Assembly: GCA_001275005.1 (NCBI GenBank)
Contig: JWZX01003269.1
Coordinates: forward strand, 1-64,000
Source: Chrysochromulina tobinii
Lineage: Eukaryota
DNA: 64,000 nucleotides
Direction: 5' to 3'
Within the stretch, counting starts at the first letter, position 1. Every line of letters starts with the position of its first letter. Below, in pieces: positions 55,701 to 64,000 of this stretch. The position numbers and the translations under genes were made by a program. The notes beneath the pieces are model-generated. The model was not told the DNA's origin and searched no databases. It saw only the letters and a program-made list of their open reading frames with translations.

Positions 55701-57340
55701 TGGCTCGTGGTTCGATGTGCATGGCCGCGAAGAACGTTGTGAAGGCGGCTGCGATCTTGGTGTGGTCGGCTTCCTTTTGTCGGCTTCGCCAGGTGGTAGG
55801 TTCTGAGGGTTGGATGGGTCCGTCCGGTCTTGTAGCTTGAGTTCTTCGACCCACTGTGCGGCGTTCTTTGGCGTCCATTGTCTGTGGAAGGCCGCGGTGT
55901 TGACGTCGTGTTTGCTGCCTTTCTCGTAGGCTTCCTTCTCGAGCATGTCGTTGAGCGAGCGAGCGTCGTTCGGTGAGTTGTTTCTTGAGGTCATCTCGGG
56001 TCGAGAAGTAACGTTGCGTGTGTGTGCCGGCGCCAATGATTGCGGCTTCGACAACGCTGAGCTCTGCGTTGAGGCGTGTGTTGTTTCTTCGTCTTCCTGT
56101 CGTCTGAGCGTTTTGGATTGGTCGATGCACCGGGTGCGGATGACTGCTTTGGTTGTCTCCCAGGCTGCGCCCCATCCGTTTGCTTCGGAGTTCTCGGCGG
56201 CCATGGTGTTTTTGATGAGGGTGTGGCGAGCTCTCGTTGAAGTCGGCGTTGTCAAAGATGGTTTCGTTGATGGTTGTTAGGTCCCTCCCTCGTTCGGGGC
56301 GGGCGATGCGTTAGCGATGCGTGCCTCGATTTGGATCATGGCCGAAGGTGCGCTGGAACGTCTGAAGGTCGGGTGCCGCTGGTGTGTATTTCCAGATGTG
56401 ACGGCGTCGTTCTGTGAGGTGCGTGGATGTGGTCGATGCGTGTGCGGTTACTCCTCTTCCCGCGACGTGTGTGCATTAGTGAAAAGTTTAGTGTTATTAC
56501 CTAGGAAGTCACTCGCGTACAACATCGGTGAGATCGTACTCAGTGAGTACTCGGTGAGGATGATGAGGTATTCGGCGGCTCCTTTGCGTAGGTTCGTGGC
56601 GGTGGCGGCTGACGCGCCGTCGAGGTCGATGGTGGTGTCGAAGACGCAGTTGCAGTCGGCGCCGATGAGGGATGCGTCTATAGACGGTAGGTGGCGTCGT
56701 TGAGGTGGGGTTTGATGTCTGTGTAGAACTGCGCCCTCTCGGTGGGGTCGACGGGGGTGTGTAGATGCTCGCGATGCGTAGGGGGTCGCGGTGGCTTCTA
56801 GTTGACCTTTACGAACTTGGTAGAACTTGGGTCGACCGTTGGGCCGCACGAGCGGGCCTTCTTGGTCTTCATGCTGCAGAAGCACAGGTTGTTGAGCAGC
56901 AGGCACTTGTGGCAGAGGTAGGCCTTCTCGCACATCTCCTGGTTGAGCGTAGGTTGAGCGAGATGTTGTAAGATGTTGATGGTGTTGCCCCAGGGTCCGG
57001 TCACGTTGCTCCAGGCCGTCTGAGGGCTCCATGTCGAGGTAGAAGAAGGGCAGGGGCCGCCGATCGTGTCCGTGGCGCGACGGATGGCCGTCACGCGGAG
57101 GCCGACGTTGGTGATCGCGGTGTTCACCACAGTTCCTCGAGGGTGCTCTCTAGGTGCGCTCATTGCATGTGGGCGATCTCGGGGTCGCCCACAGCCTGCC
57201 GGAGATCTTGCCCTTGATGATGGAGTTGGTCGCGCGTCCCTTGCGCGTCCCTAGGAGTACTGGGCCGTGTAGTCGCTGGCCGTCAGGGTGTACTGGACGA
57301 GGGTTTTGGGACCGTCACCTGGAAGCTTAAGTACATGTAG
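52750..57340 (-). mobile_element. Degenerate non-LTR retrotransposon (L1/Tx1-like: ORF1 remnant, AP endonuclease, RT, C-terminal CCHC)
   Basis: IGADCNCV (APE); GKSP..GP..IPNKFY, DPRNYRPITL, DQNGF, LDMEKAFDRCSWEFL, SGVAQG..PLLF, LFAED (RT); CTQC-x8-HLQQC near 53060-53113. Many frameshifts; boundaries approximate. Confidence 0.88.
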
Positions 57341-57409
57341 CTGTGGGTGGTGAGGATTGGTCGCCGAATGTCCTCTAAAGATGCAACCTCTAAAGACGTA
57401 AAGAGCATG

Positions 57410-58600
57410 TGGTCGACGACGCAAGGCTAGTGCACATCGACGACGTCCTCGCTTGTTCCTGCGGTCACTGGCACTGCTACACGCGTAGATGCGTCTTGCA
57501 CGGCCGCTGTGTCTGTGCATAGCCGTTCAACGTCACAGATCGACGTGAGGCACGCAATAAGATCAACTTCCTCGCAAGACCAAGCATGAACACGGTTGAT
57601 GCTACCTGCAACCCATCTGCAAGGTCGACGACGCAATGCAAGTGTTCATAGATGACGCCGCTTCCTGTGCCCGCTGCTACACGTGTACACGAGTAGATGC
57701 GTCTAACACGGCCGCAGTTGCTGTGTATAGCTGCTCAGCGTCTAGATCGACGTGAGGCACACAAGATCAACCGGCTTGCAAAACCAATCAATCCATAAGC
57801 ACGGTTGATGCGACGACGCAATGCAAGTGTGTGCAGACTGGTGCAGATCGATGACACCGCTTCCTGCGGATGCTCCTACACGTACCTAGCTGCGTACAGC
57901 ACGGCCGCTGCGTCTCTACAAAGCCCCTCAGCGTCACAGATCGACGTGAGGCACGTCACGATGAACGGCTTGCAAGAGCAAGCATAAGCACGCGGTTGAC
58001 GCTACCTTGAACTCAAGTGCAACGTCGACGACGCCATGCAAGTGCGGATCGATGAGCTGCGTCTATACATAGCTGCTCAGCGTCACAGATCGGCGTGAGG
58101 TAGGCGTGAGGACGCAAGTTCAAAGGCATCGCATTCGCAACACAGCAATCATACGAGTGTATACCCGTTTGAGCACACCGTTGATGCGACCTTCAACTCA
58201 AGCGAATGGACGACATACAGCTGACCCAGCGTCACAGATCGACGGGAAGCACGCAAGATCGTCGAGCATGCACAAATGGGTTGAACAAGGCTACGCGACA
58301 AAGTGTTGTTGCGAGCAAGTTGACCTTGCGTGGCTCACGTCGATCTGTGACTTTGAGACCATGTGTAGCTTTGAATAGCTTTGCACAGACGGCCGTTGCG
58401 TCTGTATAGCCCCTGCCTCACAGCGTCACAGATCGACGTTAGGCTCGCTAGATCCACTAAGATCCTCGGGCTTGCAAGAGCAAGCATGAGCATGTGGTTG
58501 ACGAGACCCTTGTGACCTCAAGTGCATTGTTGACGACGCAATGCAAGTGCAGAAAGATGACGCCGCTTCCTGCGGACGCTGCTACCTATACGCATCTAGG
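57410..58600. repeat. Diverged tandem array of 150-210 bp monomers with one inverted partial copy
   Basis: Core cgtcacagatcgacgtgaggcac at about 57531, 57739, 57932, 58081, 58230 and 58424, inverted at about 58330-58351; recurrent gacgacgcaatgcaagtg. Confidence 0.88.
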
Positions 58601-58719
58601 CGTGTGGCAGATGTGACCGCGAGTCATCGCCCCTGCGAGCGTGGCACTTGTCGCCGCAGCTGCATCGACTCAGCTTCGATGTGTCGCTGCGGCTCAGCCT
58701 TCGCTCTGGCCGGTCTGGC

Positions 58720-58935
58720 GGCTCAGTTGGCTGTGAGGTCGCCATCGCCCGCGTGGCCCGTCCACACGTACGCCACCGGCGCGATCGAGAACGTGTCCGC
58801 ACTGCCGTCCAGCAAAAGTTGATTCTCCTCAGGGAGGTGCCGTCGCCCGCATTGAGCAACACTCGGCTGGCACCGTGATTGTTCCCAAGCAGCACGTCGG
58901 GGGCCGTCGCCCGTCCACGTCCGCAACCGCCAGCT
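58720..58935 (-). pseudogene. Remnant of an FG-GAP/VCBS-repeat protein gene
   Basis: DVDG-like start, DVLLGN...SRVLLNAGDGT and GSADTFSIA...GDGDL split across frames. Confidence 0.6.
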
Positions 58936-59702
58936 ACCGCGATCCAGAACGTATGCTCTCGAGCATCGTTGGACGTTGCCCCGGGCCCCTTATTTGTAAA
59001 CCTTTTTCGGACTATAGATCCTGAAATGGTCCTTTATAAATACCCCCTTTGTGTACGTTTGTTCATGATTAAGTAGTGAGACGTTGATCGTAATATACAG
59101 ACCGCATAGACAGACACACCCTGGACACACCTAGACATACTCAACACACCTCCCAGCTCCCTCACAGCGCGTGTCACAGGGACAGCATTCTGACACACAC
59201 GTAGTCATGTTAACGCGCCCCACGGTACTGTGTCGACCCGTTTTATCTTCCCCCCCACACACCTCCCCGCGGGTGTAGAGGCCGCCGTCTGACAGACCGG
59301 CACCATGGCTTCGAGACATATTTGATGTCTCCATAATGTCTCCAACACGAGACGCTGTCGAGGTAGTGGATGCTTCATTCACATGTACGCCGGTCCGGTG
59401 TCTTGGGTGTCGATTTTATAACTGAACTGCATAGAAAAGTTTGACTTCTGTCTCACCGGACCGTGCCTGACGAGGCGGGCGACCATCGGGCGGCTAGCGA
59501 ACTCCCGTCCCCCCTGGCGAGGGGCGGTTCGCTTGGATCAACCCCCCTACGAAAAGCCCCCACAAGTAATTCTCAACATGATTCATTACAACCTCTGTCA
59601 TTCATTCACACATCCATTCATCTCACGGTCACAGCGGGCACCCGATGGCGCCGATCCTGATGAAGCGGTGTGACCACTCGTTCATATGTCGACACTCGAC
59701 AT

Positions 59703-61618
59703 ATGATATGCGCCATATATACTATCGCCTTTAGCTATCGTCTCGACGAGCAACAGCGTCGCGACGGCGTCCGCTTCCAAGGCGAGGCTAGCACGTTGTT
59801 CCGGCGGCTCTCACGTGGTGAGCCGATCACCGTGCTAGCCATTGGAGCCTCCGTCGCTGTGCAGGCTGGATGCTTCGACGAGGTGGGCGCAGAATGCATG
59901 AAGTACAATGGGCGGGCGCAATTGGACCTCGGCTGGGGTCAAACGGGCACGCTGACAGGCTTCCTCGTCCGCTGGATGTTGTGGGTCAACACGACCTGGC
60001 CTCACCCGGCCCATCGGCTGATCAACAAAGCATCGAGCGGCACGGCACTGCAGACGATCTTGCCCTGCCTGTTCGGTACGCTCCCGGCGCGCATCGATCT
60101 CGTCGTCATCGAGGTAGGCAGCCTCGCCAAGTGGCTCAGCCCCAGTTCCATCGAGCTCGCCGTGCGAAAGTTCCGTGCGAGGCCGCAGCCACCGGCCGTG
60201 CTCTTCGTCACGGTGCCTCTATGGTACTCGCGCGAAGTGCTCGACGCGCAGGATGACGTCACCAAGGCCGCATGCCAGGCCAGGTACACGCAGAATGACT
60301 TCAAGATGGCGGGTCCTGCCAATTGGGGTGCGCAGCTCGAACAACCAGCAGGAATTGGACGGAGCCGCACGCGTGGCGGCACCTATTGGTCACGCGCCGA
60401 GGAGGAGGTGGAGCGCGTGTGCCAGCAGTATGGCCAGGCGGCCATCTCGGTCTACCGCGCCCTTGCACCGGCGGTCCGCGCCCGTCGCCCGGGCTTCTCG
60501 CTTGTAGACGTGGCGCGTGACTGTGTCCATCCGGCGCATGGCCACTGTGCGCGCGCGCAGACGGATGCCTGAACCAGCAGAGAACCGAGATAGAACCGAG
60601 ACCGATGGGGAGCGAATCTAGGAGGGACGGACGCTGCGCCCGTCACGGCGCCTGCCCGATGCGATGCCTCTGCCTCAGCCGGCCCGGCCTCAGCCGGCCC
60701 TGTTCGAGTCTCGTGGTCGCAGACGGCAGCGAGTATGTGAACGATCTCATGGTCTATTGGCTTGCGTCGGCGAGTGCCGGCCCGCTGGCCGAGGCTCGCA
60801 CAGAAACGCTGACGGAGGCCGAGGCGATAGCTCGTCTGCCGCCGGTGCTCAACAGTGGGCATGGCTTGCAGAAGCAGATGCGAGCGACGACGGCGTGCTA
60901 CTTTGTGCATGCCGACGGCACGCGCCAGACCGCGGACGGAGTGACTACGTGGATGGTCGTCCCATGGGAGCCTGCTGTGTGCCAGGCGGATCTTGAGGAG
61001 GATGCGTCAGATGCGACGGTGCTCGCTCACGCGTGCAGGGTGATGCCACAAGCTCACTGCCCACCGATCAAGAGTTATGAGGCGACGCTCGCACACTGGC
61101 ATGGCTCCTGGCCTCTAGGGTGGCTCTATTGCGATCGCACCATCGCGCCGCAGCGCCGCCAGATGAAGAACCTCGCCGCCTTCACGGCCGGCGCCCTGGT
61201 CTATCTGAGCGTGGCGATGCCTGCGTTCCTCGCTTTACGGGCAGGCACAGCGTCCGCAGAGCTGCGACTTCTGCACCTAATCTCCTATGAGCATATGGGC
61301 ATCGCGCGCGTGAGCTGCGTGGCCGGCTGTACGTGTGAGAGCCGCGTGTGGGACGCTCACCGGATCGATCGGCGGCGCAACGTGTCCATCTATGTGGAGG
61401 CGGCCTTGCCGGTGACCTTCTCGGTGCCGTCCGAACCTGCCAACGGCGGCGCGAGCCCGCGCTGCAAGCTGGCCCTGCGCGTGCTCGGACGCACAAGCTC
61501 GGGCGAGCACCGATGGGTGATCGCGCGTCTGACAGTGACTTCCGGCGTCGCGACTGGAGGCCGAGGTGGACGTGTCGTCGACAAGATTACGAGACGGACC
61601 GGGACGGTAGTCGAGTAA
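59703..61618 (+). CDS. SGNH/GDSL hydrolase-like protein, two exons
   Basis: RLSRGEPITVLAIGASV (block I), DLVVIE, DCVHP (block V); an intron at 60547-60722 joins the ORFs to read HPAHGHYGSEY. Confidence 0.75.
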
Positions 61619-62182
61619 ACGCGGGAACCCCACAAGCATAGCAAGGTGTAAGCACGTTAAATATGCCGGTCAAGAGTTCGGGGCGCTTCGGTCGCACTCG
61701 CAGCCCGAGCCGGTCGGGTTGTACGGTACTACACTCTACTACACTGCTCATTGGCTACCGAGCTGGTCTCGTCGTCTATAGAGGTGCTGGTATACGTCTC
61801 TAGTAGTAGTACGGGTCCAGTGCTGCGTAGTGCGTAGTCGGAGTTCCGCGGGACGTCCCGCACCGGCTGCTGAAAGGGGACTGTGAGGAGAGGTGAGGGG
61901 CGGCGGGCGGGCGCTCGCGCCCGCGCCCCGGCGGCTTAGCAATCGCGGAAAAAATGGGACGGACCAGCTATTTCTGTGGGTTGACCCGGGTCGGGTGGGT
62001 TGACGCCGGGTGGGCGGGGTTAAGAAACTCTTGTATACTTGTAAGACTAAGCCTAGGTGTGGTGAGCCGTAAGCGGCGAGGCTGCTGCCGCCGTCCGAGT
62101 GCGAGTCGTCCGCCCCGCCCGACTATTTGAACGGAAGTCGGAACGCAGAACGGCGATTCGCGGTGTCGTACCGTATGTCGCG

Positions 62183-62603
62183 CGCGAGATTTTGACCTTG
62201 GACGGGAGGGTTTCAACACTCAGGTCGAGGCCCTCCGCCCCTCCGCCCCATAGAGTTACCACCTATGGTGTTTCGTTTCAACATAGTGCGTTTCCGCACG
62301 ATTCCGGTATAGCGTATACGGTACCTTTCACTGTTACCTTTCTGTTGGAGATTGTTCAACGGCGCGAGATTTTGACCTTGGGGGAGGGTTTCAACACTCA
62401 GGTAATTACCCTATGGTGTTTCTCGTACGTGAGCTCGTTGAGGGATGGTGTTTCTACATAGTTGGGCGCGAGATTTTGACCTTGGGGGAGGGTTTCAACA
62501 CTCAGGTAATTACCCTATGGTGTTTCTACATATTGGGGCGCGAGATTTTGACCTTGGGGGAGGGTTTCAACACTCAGCGGTAATTACCATTGGTTTCTAC
62601 ATT
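62183..62603 (+). repeat. Four copies of a 72-bp repeat unit with interspersed insertions
   Basis: cgcgagattttgaccttgggggagggtttcaacactcagg at 62183, 62363, 62467 and 62539. Confidence 0.93.
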
Positions 62604-62785
62604 GTGTTCAAGTATTACAAGAATCGAGCGTACGGTAGACCCTCTTTTTATGAACACACACGAATACAGAATATAGGTGAAAGACAGCCAACACGATGGG
62701 TAACTTGCTGACAGTGCCGGGCCTCCGGGGGAACATCGCCTCCGCGTGTGAATCAAATTTATCTTATGCGGATGGGGCCGAGTGA

Positions 62786-64000
62786 TCATATGGATTGGAT
62801 CGTCGGCGCCTCGACGTCATGGACGACAAGAGAGTCGAGCAGCTGGTGGAAGAGGATGCGCCCAAGCTCGTCCTTGGGCGCCGCCTCGGCGAGCGTGAGC
62901 ACCTGCGTATGCGCGATGAGCTCATGTGCCTCTCGAGGAGAATCTCCCTCGTTCTCCGCCATCGCGCCCACGAGCGCCTCGACCGCCGCCACAAAGTCGC
63001 CGCGGCTCACCACCGCCGTCTTAGCATGGGACGTGTGCACAGCCATCTTCTTCCATCGACCCGCCTCCGCGTCCGTTATCGGCGGCGTCTTCTCCTTCTG
63101 TGCGACGAGCGAGAGCGCCTTGCGCAGGGGCAGCGACTGTGCGTGCACAAGGCTCAGCAGCGTGTCGGGCGCCGTGTCGGGCGCGCTCTCGCGCTTGCCG
63201 GCCATCGAGGGGTCGCGCATCTCCACATGGAAGCGCTCGATGAACGCCTCAAACCTCACGGCAGGATACAGCTCCGGGCTCAGAACACTCGCGCCGGCGC
63301 TCGGTTCGGTGATCACCTTGGCGAGGCTCGTTTGGAAGCGTTCCGGAAGCGCATCCCAATCGATGCGAAGGTCGAGCGCTTCGGCGAGCTCCTCCCTGAA
63401 CATGTCGAGCGGCAGCAGCCCACCACCCTTGCTCGCGCGCCCCATGTGCACCAGCATCGTGTGCCGCCTTGTGAGCGCCGCGCGCAGCGTGGCGCGGCGC
63501 TGGCACACGCGCGCGCGCACGGTTGACAGGAGGGTGTCCACGAAGCCGCCCAGCGACCGTTCGACCTCGTGGACCTCCATGGTGACGCGTTTGAGCAGCT
63601 CGTCCTTGAGCTTCGCCTGCCGCCTCTCCGCGTTCGCCTGCGCGCGCGAATGCCACCCCTTGATCATATTCCTCTCCATCGTCTTGAGGCGCTTCATGGT
63701 GGGCGATTGCATCTTGAGGGCGCGGAGCTTCATCTCGCTCTTGATGGCCTCGTCCGTGGCCTTGCGCAGGTCCTCGAGCGAGGCAGCCATGTGCTCCTCG
63801 ATGGACACCGCACCGGTTGCGGGCACGATCAGCACGCCGCCACGGTTCATGCACACGCCTGCGTAGTTGGACGCCGAGAAGACTGTGATCACTCTGGCAC
63901 CATGGTGGAGACCGAATCCGCGCCGGCCGGGGGGAACTTGATGGGAGCGCACGACGAGCTGCAGGCCGCTAGCCTCGAGGAATTCATCGGTCACGTCAGG
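62786..64000 (-). CDS. PPP-family Ser/Thr phosphatase (PPEF/rdgC-like), 3' part only
   Basis: LVVRSHQ...G...H...VITVFSASNY catalytic-domain end followed by a helical/EF-hand-like tail; runs off the window. Confidence 0.85.
   Translation of the reverse strand, partial: PDVTDEFLEASGLQLVVRSHQVPPGRRGFGLHHGARVITVFSASNYAGVCMNRGGVLIVPATGAVSIEEHMAASLEDLRKATDEAIKSEMKLRALKMQSPTMKRLKTMERNMIKGWHSRAQANAERRQAKLKDELLKRVTMEVHEVERSLGGFVDTLLSTVRARVCQRRATLRAALTRRHTMLVHMGRASKGGGLLPLDMFREELAEALDLRIDWDALPERFQTSLAKVITEPSAGASVLSPELYPAVRFEAFIERFHVEMRDPSMAGKRESAPDTAPDTLLSLVHAQSLPLRKALSLVAQKEKTPPITDAEAGRWKKMAVHTSHAKTAVVSRGDFVAAVEALVGAMAENEGDSPREAHELIAHTQVLTLAEAAPKDELGRILFHQLLDSLVVHDVEAPTIQSI

Noticed and set aside
59460..59700. 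Hammerhead ribozyme (ctgacga/ctgatga boxes)
   Set aside because: I could not build a properly placed stem II plus GAAA core.
62183..62603. CRISPR array
   Set aside because: The inter-repeat sequences are derivatives of the unit with irregular lengths (periods 180, 104 and 72), there are no cas genes, and the context is eukaryotic.

Overview
GC-rich, gene-dense eukaryotic nuclear DNA with few short GT-AG introns, most consistent with a prymnesiophyte haptophyte alga. The taxonomic call is an inference from a QxxHH-type delta-9 elongase, plastid CYP38, a haptophyte-style AP2 protein and an RNI-like LRR protein. About 30 protein genes are recognisable, including TSPO, a PGP phosphatase, PH, methyltransferase, RING, SET, a sulfotransferase-like gene, thioredoxin, NEDD8, IWR1, ankyrin, FAS1, RPL27A, p24, CLEC16A, CRAL-TRIO, GBP, Myb, Pth, BTG, WD40, an SGNH-like gene and a PPP phosphatase. 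There is also one tRNA-Ala(AGC), a decayed L1/Tx1-type LINE, several pseudogene fragments and several repeat families. The most unusual items are: (1) a single-chain Skp1-SAP-F-box-LRR gene whose 84-bp LRR units alternate constant and hypervariable halves, head-to-head with a guanylate-binding protein gene; (2) a dispersed 72-bp repeat family with conserved motif blocks at 25.3 kb and 62.2-62.6 kb; (3) a diverged array of 150-210 bp monomers at the LINE 5' end; (4) a CRAL-TRIO gene bracketed by identical 139-bp direct repeats; (5) recurrent short templated duplications. All calls come from reading motifs by eye; no database searches were run.
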